From Kudoa neothunni (lineage: Eukaryota > Animalia > Cnidaria), in assembly GCA_964304625.1 (NCBI GenBank), contig OZ199838.1, positions 1,839,927 to 1,903,926 of the forward strand: a stretch of DNA of 64,000 nt, written 5' to 3'. Position 1 is the first letter of the stretch, and each line of letters opens with the position of its first letter. Positions 26,439 to 38,717 of this stretch are shown here, piece by piece. Made by a program: the position numbers and the translations under genes. The notes beneath the pieces were generated by a model. The model saw only the letters and a list, made by a program, of their open reading frames with translations, had not been told where the DNA came from and did no database searches.

Positions 26439-28618
26439 GGGGTTGTTTAAAGTTGAATGGCGCCAAAACTCCAAATATTTTATCATTTGGAGACAGACAA
26501 CAATGGAGTTTAGAATATGGTCCATCAACTAAAAATTTAATAGATTATCTCAATACCACAGCATTTGATCAAATACTTAATAAATAATTTAGCTTAAATT
26601 TCTGGTACGTTTCCTTAGGAAAGTTTACAACCTAAATTAAAATTATTCAATTGTAAAAGCAATTTGTAGTTGATAACAAAATAACCAACCTGTACAATCA
26701 AACATTTCTTACTGCAACCCAAAAGAATAGCTCCATCAGCATGTTTATCAGTGTTGTAAACAGCGTGTGTTACGTAAGGTTTTATATTTGAAGGATAATT
26801 AAGGTTCTACGAAAATGATAATTTATTTGGCTTAATTAAAAAAAATACAGTTAGGTTTATCGTAGCGTCATCTCGGACCTAAAATCAAATAATTGGATCA
26901 ACTATTTAACTATTTCACTAAATACTAATTCCAGCGAATAACATCTGACTTCGTTTGTTGTACTGCAGCACAAGAAATCACCACTAGATGTAATAAGCAA
27001 ATCCTGAATATGATCATCTCCTTTCAATTTCAACTCAAGTAGTTTTTGAGGATAGGAATTCTCTTCACAAAAATTATGCATATACAAGTGGATTGTGTCA
27101 GATTCAAAATAAGAAATGTAATTGTTGGTTATGGTGATTTTTTGGCGCTATTTCGAAATTCAAAATCAGATATTATATCTATTAAAAATGTGCTCACTTC
27201 AGGAAAGAGACCAAAAGTACACAGTTTAGAAAGACCATCTTTTCCTACTTGATACATTTGACATGATCCGTCCATACCTATATTTCAAGTAAGGTATCGA
27301 ATCAAATTTGTATAGTTACTCGCAGATATAAGAATATTTTTCTTGGCGAATTCGAGCCTCACGATATCATTGGAATGGCACCGGAATTCAGAGCCTTGAC
27401 TCCATTTCTATTTGGTGTGGTAGGAATTCCGATCACAAAATAACCCAAACATACGTTATCATTGGTTCTATGGAATGATACAATTTTGTTGTCCACACCA
27501 CTTGCATACACTTGGTCAGATTGGTTTTTCTAGGAGTATAAGATAAATGCGAATCTCATGGATAATCACTTTATCGGATGCAAGAGCAAGAATTGACGCC
27601 TGGTGTGATTGGAAACTCTAACCAAATACATTTATATATACATTCATAAAAGAGTGATATTAATCAATGCATACGCTGATCAGAGTTCCAAATTGGGCAT
27701 CATAAAATTGGACTTTTCCGAATGAATCACCAACTGCGATTGTCATATCTCTATATTGGAGAATTAATTACGAGAATAAAACAAATCATCAACCCCAATA
27801 AAACAATAGACCAGATAGTGGCATTGACACCCAAAATTCTATCAGCATTCAACGTGTTCAAGCATTGATCTACCGAAGATTGTAATAATGTACAAAATGA
27901 AAGATTGCTTACTTTTGGTTACATCAAACACGTAAATTCTACTGTTATCAGTAGCACATGCTAACACTTCGTTGGTAGGATGCCAGTTGAGGCACAAAAT
28001 CTTTCCCAAACATTTATCAACCACTCGATTGAACACAACATTCGAGTCTGAAATGTCGAAAAGAATCACACAAGCATCGTCAGTTCCCACCTTAAAATGT
28101 GTATTTTTATGACGAAAATTTTTGTAGATTTTTAATGTGATAAAATGAGCCTTACAGCAAGTAAATGACCTTGGGGATGGACGCTCATACACCAAACACA
28201 ACCACTTCCGCCACAATTGACGTATTTCTAATTGGAAATAATTTATGGGAATAGTTTCAGAAAATTTTACCTTTGAAACTTTGCCATGAAAACCAACCAA
28301 ACACATATCGCTTGATGTGCCACCAAGAAGCAGGGTTTTTGGCCCAATCCACGCCATACTCAAGTAGAGAATGCTCTCGCATCCAACAATATGTACGCTT
28401 TCGCACCATAAATCAGTATCCTCAATATAAGTCCATATTTCAACTGATCCATCAGTTCTAAACAATCAATGAATGGCTAAGCATTTGAACGTTTTTTACC
28501 TAGCTATGGCAGACAAAATCTCGTTATCAAAATTTCCAACAGCTAGAGCTTTAATGGGGGCATTTTCAGTCTTTAAAAAATTGCAATGATGAAACTTGGT
28601 CAAATTCTGTTGAACCAT
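25744..28618 (-). CDS. UTP4: U3 snoRNA-associated protein 4 (cirhin), WD40 repeats, multi-exon
   Basis: N-terminus FHHCNF...IKALA...IARTDGSVEIW; ATIWSI...GDSFGKVQFYD; C-terminus ISRRYEDIIQEQTPAFKRKRFGQA matching the UTP4 end pattern (ERPLDDIIAQLPPPIKKKKFG). Confidence 0.9.
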
Positions 28619-29333
28619 CGCAACCTAGTTCAAAGGTGTTTAGCCACGTGTCGTGTCTTGACCGTTATTACAGAGTCACGCCAAAACTCTCATGCATTAA
28701 TTTTTTATGAACATTATTTATGATTATAATAAATTTTAATGCTAATAATAAACAAAATTTCGAATATTTAGATAAGAAAACAACGAGTTTATTCGATTTT
28801 TAATTTGAACATTATTTTTCTAGTCAGTATGGTATCGGAAAATAATATAGAACTCAATTAATTCGTTTCGAATGAATTTATCTTTAAAATAACAAAAGAA
28901 ATGAGAATTTATTTAGTTTTAATACTCTATTATATTTTCGATAACTGTTCGAAATTGTTCGCATAACATCGTTCATTTGTTAGAGGGAGTTGAATAAAAT
29001 TGTTTCTTGTGATTAAAATGTTACATTAATTGCTAAATAAATTATAACAGCAGATTTGCAAGTGAAATTTGCATCTAAGATTTCATAAAATGAAAAATAA
29101 GCAAACAGATTGTATTAGAAAATATTAGAGGAAAGTGATTATTGGGTCGGTATGTAATATTCAGGTGTCTTTAGTTTTGATTATACTTAATTATTTTTGG
29201 ACTCTAAGAACAATGCAAAAGTCAGAAATAATTAAGTAAGGCGGATTCTAAAAGTTAAATAGATATACAAATTGTAAGCAAAGGTACTGCGATTAAAAAT
29301 TTTCGTTCGCGCGTACGTATATACAGTTTAGGA

Positions 29334-30233
29334 CAGGGCGTCAAAACCTTGGGTTTTCCCCAAGATCTTAGGATTTTTCTACCAACCTTAGGTTCTTTAG
29401 GGTTTTTTAGCTTTATGCAAATCTTGGGGGTTTTTGTTTATTTTCAAAACTTTTAGATTATTTAATTCTTTGAGATCAGTTTATAAATAATAAGTTTTAG
29501 AATTAGATAGAATAATCGTATTTATTGTTTCAATCATGGAGAGAATTAAAATTATTCGTAACTTTAAAAAGATAACACGGTCGTCGGCAACGCGCTGTTT
29601 TCTAACCCCTGGATAATTGTTATTTAATCAATTGTTCGTATTATTCAGTGACTATATGTGGGTATTTCAACACTTTCATAAAAATTTTTAAAGTTTTTTA
29701 ATATATTTTGAAGTTAGTGACGTAATTTTATTTTAAAGTATGCGTGAGATTTCTAAAGGAGAAAAAAGGAGCATGGGATAATATTTGCTCCAATCAAGAT
29801 TGGTTAAAGTAGACGATTTTAAATATTGGCTATATCACAATGCTAATGACAGCATTTCCAGCTACTGCAAATATTGAACGAATTTATTCTGATATGAGCA
29901 CAGTAAAAACTAAACAAACTAACTCATTAAAGTTGAAACTGTAAAATGTAAACTTATTGCAAAGCAGTTGATCAGATGAAACAATAATACGTGATTGACG
30001 TCGCAACCAACAAAGAAACTAATATATGATGTGAGAAACTGTGTTGTGAGCTAACGATATCTTCAGCGCTTGAAAAATAGATCAACCTTCCTAAATGAGG
30101 GTTGTGAAGACGATTCAATTGAGGATAATAATTAGAAAACGCGTTTAAAATAAAGATTTTTGTTATTTTAATAATAATATTGTGTTTTCTTTGCGATTTT
30201 AGAGTTTTTCCTATAGTCTCATTGGACTCCCTG
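29334..30233 (+). mobile_element. Non-autonomous hAT element carrying a transposase C-terminal dimerisation remnant
   Basis: TIRs cagggcgtcaaa / cagggagtccaa (10/12); 8-bp TSD gtttagga / gttcagga; subterminal ctt(a/g)gg..tttt repeats; MTAFPATANIERIYSDMSTVKTKQTNSL matches the hAT dimerisation motif. Confidence 0.85.
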
Positions 30234-30241
30234 GTTCAGGA

Positions 30242-30959
30242 CAGTGTTTCCCAACCTTTTTTCTATCGTGCCTCATTTTTCTTGAAAATAAGTTCCCTGC
30301 CCCACCATTTTCAGATGTATTGATTTTTTAATTTAAACTGCTTATAATATTGAAGAAAACTCTTTATCATATTAAAAGTTGAAAGAAGTTAATATATATT
30401 TGTTTCCTCATTAAAATTAAAATATGTTCGATCAGATCTAATTTAATTTATAGATGGGTCTTAAAAATTAACATCTCTAGATCTTCATTTCGTCAAAAAC
30501 AGTGTCAATTGAAACTTGAGGTAATCTGACCTTCATTAGGAAATAATTTGTGTACAGGGGGCGAATGAACGGAAAACCAATAATATAAATACAAAATTAA
30601 TCAATATTATATTACGTTTAAAAAAAAAGGAACATACGATTATAAATGCGACAACATTGGAATTATAACTATACCGATTCTATTGGGAAAAGATCAAGTT
30701 AAATGTTTTTATTTATTTTTATATAAATTAATCATTGATTTCACAGTTTTTTATTATATTCATATTCGCTTAAACGTAAACAAGATCAATAATCGAAGTA
30801 TTGATTTCCATGTGCGTCACACTGCTCAATTATCTCACCATTATCCATGTTGCATCAACGGTCAGGATTTTCCACGTACAACAAGAGTCGTTCATTAGCC
30901 GCTCAAAGATTCCCATGCCTCACCAAAATTTTTCCGCACCCCACCGGTGGAAAACACTG
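30242..30959. mobile_element. hAT-Charlie-type MITE
   Basis: TIRs cagtgtttcccaacc / cagtgttttccaccg (12/15); 8-bp flanks gttcagga / gttgagga. Confidence 0.85.
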
Positions 30960-31526
30960 GTTGAGGATTTGAATTCCTTATGGAAATAATCTCTGCTTTT
31001 AAATAAATTAATTTCAATTTCACCTATCATATTCTTTTAAAAAATTAAATTAAATTATAGTTTAATTTTTTTCATCTATGGATAAAATTATTTTTTGCGA
31101 GAATTTCCGAAAAAAATATGATCAACCACCACTCATAAGGATGAAAGTATCAAGCTATTATTTAAATATAATTAATGCTAGGATCGCCTGAATACTTCAT
31201 TCTTTAGGAATAACCACTTTCATTTCTTAACCTCATAAACCATTTTATTACTAAATTTACAAAGCTTATTAGTCTAATGTTTTTTCGATTAAGATTTTTG
31301 TTTTATTTTTACTTTTAATTTTTAAAATTATTTACACGCTTTATATGAGTTTTGAAATGGAAGGTTACTTTAAAATAAACGTGGAACGGTTATAACTAAA
31401 ATATGAGAAATTCTATTTTTTAATATTTCTTGCGAATGAGAGTTAGTTACACATACATTAAATTGAGATTTAAATTTTTGCAATCGAAAAAGGTTTGTAT
31501 TGTTTTTAATCTCCAACAATCCTCTG

Positions 31527-31528
<2 letters not shown>

Positions 31529-31560
<32 letters not shown>

Positions 31561-31759
31561 TAGATAAATAAATAGATAGATAGATAGATATATATATATA
31601 TATATATAGATAGATAGATAAATAAATAGATAGATATATATATATATATATATAGATAGATAAATAAATAGATATATATAGATAGATAAATAAATAGATA
31701 TATATAGATAGATAAATAAATAGATATATATATATATATATATATATAGATGATAGATA
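31529..31759. repeat. Compound microsatellite (TA)n/(GATA)n/(TAAA)n
   Basis: Directly visible; accounts for the spurious YIYIY ORF at 31528-31797. Confidence 0.95.
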
Positions 31760-31762
31760 ATG

Positions 31763-32082
31763 CAGGGATGGCCAGACTTGCTCAAAATGGGAGCCACATT
31801 AAGTGAACTTCAAATTTTTCAGAATCATTGGGAGTAAAAATTATATTTCGAGGTTTGTTATTGAATTTATATTTCGTCTAAAAGTTTTGATTAATAATGG
31901 ATCAATGTTAAATTCATGCGTTCATTTTCATGATAACTACATGATCCTATGACTTTCAAAGTTTCCAAATAATTTTACTAGCATATTTAAAGAAACAATA
32001 AACCAAATATAAATTTTCAAAATCAGCACTTCAACCTCAAAGAGCCCCATGCGGCTCGCAAGCCGCGGTTTAGCCACCCCTG
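31763..32082. mobile_element. hAT Buster/Charlie-type MITE
   Basis: TIRs cagggatggccagac / caggggtggctaaac (12/15); subterminal gagccccatgcggctcgcaagccgc; degenerate 8-bp flanks, both with central TA (agataatg / atatagcg). Confidence 0.8.
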
Positions 32083-33287
32083 ATATAGCGGGATATACGG
32101 ATAGAAAATTATTTTATTAACATATAATTTATGCATAAAAAGCCTATTATTATATATCTAAAGATTAAAGTTTGAATCATGAATTATTTATAAAATAATA
32201 TGTAGTAATTGCATGTCCTTTGGAAGCGTTATACCACTTCGAGATGGGATAAAGATAGAGAGGAATTTAATTATTCAATGAAGACTCTAAATATCCCTCA
32301 AAAAATTCTGCCTTCAATGGAGATTATTGTTGAGATGGGATTAAAATTAAATATGATTAATTCATTAAAACTTGTTAAGTATGTCATATTTTAAATATTT
32401 ATATCTATAGGTTTTTAATTTAATAAATATATTAGTGCATAAATTTTTGTAAACATACAGTATTTTTTGTATACATAGGAATTTAACTCTATATTTATAT
32501 GATTAATTTTGTAAGGAAAATTATCAAGCTACAAATGTTATCAACGTTGATTATTATAATAATCAAACAAACAAAATTAGCGGCGTTTTATATTTAAATA
32601 TTTTTAACTATTTTATTAACTAAAAATAGTTTATTTATTAAGGATTCGAATGTTTTTTAATAATAGATATTTTCATAATCTATATATTAGACTCTTAGGA
32701 GTGTTGAGTATTCAAATGTAACTTTTCCATCGTTTAATATATCAAATAATACTGTCGCTTTTAATATTAGTGGTGCAAACTCAATAGGGTATAATTAATT
32801 ATTTAATTGATGTATTTCTTTAATCTTATTATCTTTTGATAATAATAAGTTGAAAGCTCATTTATAATATTTCTTGGCTAACCGAATATAAATTCCTAAT
32901 TGAAATCTATTGATAGTTCTTTCTCTGTTATAGAAATGTGTTATCGTTTTCTATTTTGGTGAGAGGTATAGACGAGTCTTATTATTCAACCCATTAACAA
33001 AATAGCCTATTTCTTATATAAATAGCTGACGTTGGGATTTGAAAAACATAATGAGTTAATTAAAAGCTATTTGATGGATTCTGTCAAGATGTGTAAAGAT
33101 TAACGATACAATATATAAGATACCAACTAATATCATAAATATTTTGTGAGATCAATACCACTTAGAGGTCACCTCAAATAAATTCAAATACTAAATAATG
33201 CTATTGTTTCATTTACCCGTATTAATAGTCTGGAATTTTTTATTAATACCTAAATTAGGGTTTTACTTTTTCAACGATTAATATGAA

Positions 33288-35108
33288 ATGAAGGAGTTAT
33301 TTCTATCACCGAAAAAACGTGTTAAAATTCTCATTTGGTTTATTTTTACAATATTCTTGGGAGACAGTAACGACGAAGACTCAAATTCAGCTGTTAAACA
33401 TCCTCATGAGCTGAATAATAAACATATCTATGATGTGATAATTGTGGGAACAGGAATGAGTGGAATCACTGCAGCCAGTGAGTTGCATGCGGTTGGCTAC
33501 CGAAATTTTCTGATTGTGGAAGCCAATTCTAGAATTGGTGGAAGAATCTTCACTCACAGTTTAATCGATCCCGATGGCTCAGTTAAAAGAATTGAATTTG
33601 GAGCTAATTGGATACATGGATACACCAAAAACCCATTATTTCAATTTGTGCGCAAATATCACATAAACGGTACATCAAATGAAGATACCATTGTTTTGAA
33701 ATTGCCAGTAAAATTCTTCAAATTATATTGATTTCATTATCAACATATAACACTTGTATTGGCGAATAGAGAATAACAAATGACTGGATTTCACCCGAAG
33801 TTGTATCGCAAAGAACAAAGGACGTGACCAATGATTTTTACAAAGAAAAAGCCCGATTAAAAAATATATTGAGAACTATTGATACCAACAGTAACTATTA
33901 CTTTTCCAAGTCTAAGTATCGCTATTTGGAAGACAGTTCCTTGGCAACGTTACTGCAGAAATATAATTGGACAACACATGGAGACCACCTGAAAGAATTG
34001 GTTGAATATTTTGAGGTGGACTGTAACATGGCAATGTCCTCTAACGAGATAAGTGCTGGATTACTTAAACGGCATAATTTTTCTGAATCGTAAAATATAA
34101 TTAGATAAATTTTTAAATTTAAACAATATTTTGTAGAGAATTTATCAGTGAAACAACCCAAAAAGATCAATATTTTATTACTGATCAGCGCGGAGTATCC
34201 CATCTGCTGAAAACTATGATAAATAGAAACTTTGGCCAAAAATACATTCTATTAAACACACCAATAAACTACATCAATCAAACTAGTGAATCAGTTCATT
34301 TGTTATCGTCCCAAAACAAAAATACTCAAACATTAAACGCTAAATATGTTCTAATTACAACTAGCGTTAAAGTTTTAACAAATGGTCAAATTAAGTAGTT
34401 ATATTCGACCTCTCTATTTCTCAATCGTATAACAACGTTAGGTTTATTCCACCATTACCTCAGAAGTATGCAAATATACTGAAAAAGATTGGAATGGGTA
34501 TCTACACAAAAATATTTGTGAAATATCCGTGTAGGTTTTGGCATCGAAAAAGCTATATATTAATGTACGATGATGATGGCGAGACGTTGTTTAAGTTTTG
34601 GCAGAATTTACCCAATCCAAATGAGCAGTCATGTTCTAAGAACAAAAATAATATCACAGACTTACACCAGAATAAGTATTCGCTCATTTTAACAACATTA
34701 GTAAATAATTTTGTGTTAATTTTATTTATGAACATTAAATAAAAATAGGTAGGAAAAGACGCATTATGGTTGTTGAACAAAACCAAATCAGAAATTTTGT
34801 CTCAAATCTATGCTGTAACAAAACGCGCCTACGGACCACATATACCCTACCCAATGGACATCTATTGGTACGATTGGTACGGTGATAAATATTTTGGTGG
34901 GAGTTTTCCAACCCATCTCAAGGGAATTTCACACAATGATATAGCTATTTTAAAGACCAACTTCAAAAGGTTGTTCTTTGCTGGTGATTGGCAAAGTGAG
35001 CATTATACGGGGTGTTTGCATGGCTCCTATTTCTCCGCTTACGACCGAACCCAAGATATAATCCAAGCTCTCAACAATCAATGGGATATATTAGATAGGA
35101 AAAGATGA
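33288..35108 (+). CDS. Flavin-containing polyamine oxidase, maize PAO1-like, with N-terminal hydrophobic signal/anchor
   Basis: DVIIVGTGMSGITAA, EANSRIGGRI, IEFGANWIHG, FITDQRG, MGIYTKIFVKYPCRFW, WYGDKYFGGSF, LFFAGDW...GCLHGSYFSA; four short introns. Start codon approximate. Confidence 0.9.
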
Positions 35109-36487
35109 TCGTCATCTAGTCGATATGTGCCTAAGAAACAGCGACTCATTATGTTAGATACTGATGTATATTTTATAATTTTTAAATATATTTTTATATT
35201 GTCTTCGTTTTTATCCACAAATAATGTATTTCTGATGCTACCCTATTGGTTTATGATTTCATCAATTTCTTATATAAATATTTATATACATGGTAAATAA
35301 CCAATTTTACGTAGTTTTATACTACATATGTTATAAATAATAATGTAATAATAGGTGTCATTTTAATTTTTAAAGTATATCGTGAATTTTTAGGAACGTA
35401 GAATTAAAGTAAGAGAGGGAATTTCCAAAAATTAAGATCACGTGATTAACAAATTAACTCAAATTAAGTATTTTCATCAGACACAAAATTAGATAAAACG
35501 TAATACATCTGATAGATATATAATAATAATAATAATGTGAAACCATATTACTTGCTCGTGAGGCGCGAAACTATCCCTATACTGCACATTAACGTGTACC
35601 TAATTAACATACGTCATTTCATTTTGTTTAAATAAAATGAGGAATCGTATCAGAATTTTGAATATTAATATATTAAAGCGACCAAAGGAATTTAATTGGC
35701 AAAAATACTTATTCACTGAACCAACATGTTTAGGACTAAATTCGATGAAAGCGATCTAAATAAATAAATAAATTTTTTTCCTACGTATAAAATAGATGCA
35801 ATACTCTCGTAAAATTATGTTTTCATTTAAAAATATCATATTAATAAAATATGTTTTATTTCGTCACTTCCATTGATTCAATTATCACTTCCAATCGGAA
35901 AGCTCAAATAACGTTATTATTATTATTATTATTTATTATTAAATTTTGATATTCTGTCAATTGTATTACATAATTAATTTTTATACAATTTTTATAACAA
36001 CAAAAAAACTATTAAATAAAAATTTATTTTCAACATCAAATGTAATTAAGAAAAAGTGATTTTGCATCCGCATCGAAACAAATTTAATGGTTACTGGGTT
36101 AAAAGAGTGTTTCATCATTTATAAATTATAGTAATAGAAATTCTGTTTATTATTTGTTTTTTTAGGGAATAATTGTTGTCTAAATTATATCATGAGCGCA
36201 TGAATTAAAATAGAAGCTTCAGGTGACTAATTTCCGCACTTTTTCCTGACCCCTGAAGGGATTATGCATGAATGGTTACCTTATGTAACAAATATATATT
36301 ATATTTCTATTTTATATGAAAAAGTTATTTTTAAAAACAAGAATATTTTTTATATCCAATATAAAATAAAAATAATACATTATTTGGTCATTGCGTTTTA
36401 ACACCTATACGTGTATTTCTATTTTATAGCATTATAGAGAATTGCACCTTCTTATTTTTAAAAATCTAAAACAATACCACATAAATA

Positions 36488-36749
36488 AGGATCGCAGTTT
36501 TTGGCTTTGATTTTTTGAAAATTCGATGGCTAAAATCGACGTTTACTTGCTTTTAATTTCTATTTTTGTAGAGATAATTTTCATTTTCCACTTTCTCTAT
36601 GTCGATCCAGTCAACAAGAAACTATCAATTTCTCTCTCGTTACTACTAATCTCAAGTTTTTCAAAAATTCGAATTTTACCATAAGATAAACGTCGAAACT
36701 TTTTAAAAATTCGACAACTAAGGTCGATATAATCAAAAACTGCATTCCC
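36488..36749. mobile_element. Short MITE-like element
   Basis: Inverted ends ggatcgcagtttttggct / ggaatgcagtttttgatt; internal aaaattcga repeats; ata on both flanks. Superfamily unclear. Confidence 0.5.
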
Positions 36750-38717
36750 ATACGTATTAAATTATCCTTATAATTATTTTTAAACTAAACTATAATATAA
36801 TTATATTTAAGTAATTTATTATATCTATTATGATAGTATTTGCGAATAAAATTAATTAATCTTTTCGACATTTCTAATACTTCAGATCAAATTTTTCGAT
36901 CTTCATTCGTAATATCAATATTAAAATTGTCCTAAAAAATGTGCGTTAATTAAGCGGTTTATTTAATACTTTTGATTAACCTTCTAATGAGTTTTGAGAT
37001 AAATTTTTACCCCAACGAGAGGTTAATGGTTGAATACTTGATTTGTTTGCTATTCGTAGGATACGAGTTTTTTATAATCATCTAAAAAACTTAACCATAA
37101 ATGATTTTGAAATATTATTACTAAAATTTAAATATTAAACGTAATACTAAATTATAAAAAGTATTGTCGCTTAATAAGTTCTGTAATTTAAAGGTGAAAA
37201 TGAAATGAGCCAAATAAAAATAGCTAATTCGTATAGTTCACAAGAAACATTATTTCAAAATCAATTGTTATGTAGGAATTTATTTGATCTGACGGTTCTC
37301 TTGCTCTGGCTGGGTTTTCATAAGTAGTTCAAAGCGTGTCACATTGTTGGTAAATGATATTTGAAAATCGTCGGGGTTTAATGAATTCCAATACTTATTA
37401 TTTGCATATACTGAAGTCGATAAGCTTGTTTCATATGCTATCCTGTGCTGAATAAATCTAGCGACTTCCGTATTCTATATTGAGTCATATTTTAAATGTT
37501 GAGGCAATTAGTTAATAAAAATTCAATAGATTCAAAAAATACACCTTCTAAATATACTAGTATAAAAATAACTAACTATATATTATATATTGTTAAAATT
37601 GACATTCATTTATTTATGTGTATAAATGAATGTTTTGATCCTTGTTTTACCTATACTTTAAATAACAACTTAACTTAAATTTATATCAGAGGTAAGGTAC
37701 CAATTCGAAAGTAAAACTTGAAACGTAGCATAATAAAAATTATGAAATTAAATGATGGATCTCAAATTTAGAGAGAAAACAAAGTTAAAATTAGACAGTA
37801 GTTATACTTTTAAGGATATAGATTATTTCTAAGTAGACAAAAATGTTGACAACCTAATTACAGCTTAAGCATATAAATATGTTATTTTGAAAGATAACAA
37901 AGTTACGATTTTACTAGTAAAATAGCGGGAGTTAGATTTTAATTAGCTGAACAGGCTTAATTTAAACTATTACCATACTTCGTTATATTGTAGATGCCAA
38001 TTAAAATGAATTATAAATTAAATAAATTATCATATCCCACTTTTTGAATGGAAACTAATTCATATCAAAACAACCAGAAAATATTATTGTACGCATTACG
38101 TCCTTACATGATTTAAACAGGGACTAACGGAAATTACGAAATGAATAAACTAGATTAATTTTTAAATTTATTCTTGAATGACTCCCGCCATCCCCTGTAG
38201 GGGTAACATTGCTCTAGGGTGAAAATTTTAATACCATGATATATTGATTTTAAAAATTTCTGACATCATTTATCTATTATTCTTTAAAAAAGATATATGA
38301 GTCTCACTCCAATTAAAAAACTCATAATTACAATTAATTCATATCTATAAGAAAAAGTAAGAATATTTCTAAAAGTACTAATATTTTTAGAATTATAAAT
38401 GGATTATATTTATTAAGTAGAATATACTACTAATGAACTAATTAGATAATCAATAATTAATGTTAAGATTACAAACAAAATCTTTATTAAGTATACGCGC
38501 AAGGCGCACTTCTAAACAACAATTATAGATTTCCAATGATGAACTACCAATGTAAATAATATAACCCACGAAAATATTACTAACGCGCTTATAATGTGAA
38601 TGAAAGTCGCTAAGCATTTGAAATCTATTAGATCAATAAGCTACGAGCTTAATTAACTTTAACCGAACAACTTTCCGACTGATTTTTAATATCGTATCTG
38701 ATCAATAGATTTTTTCA

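Noticed and set aside
31528-31797. 89-aa YIYIYL ORF
   Set aside because: Translation of the microsatellite.
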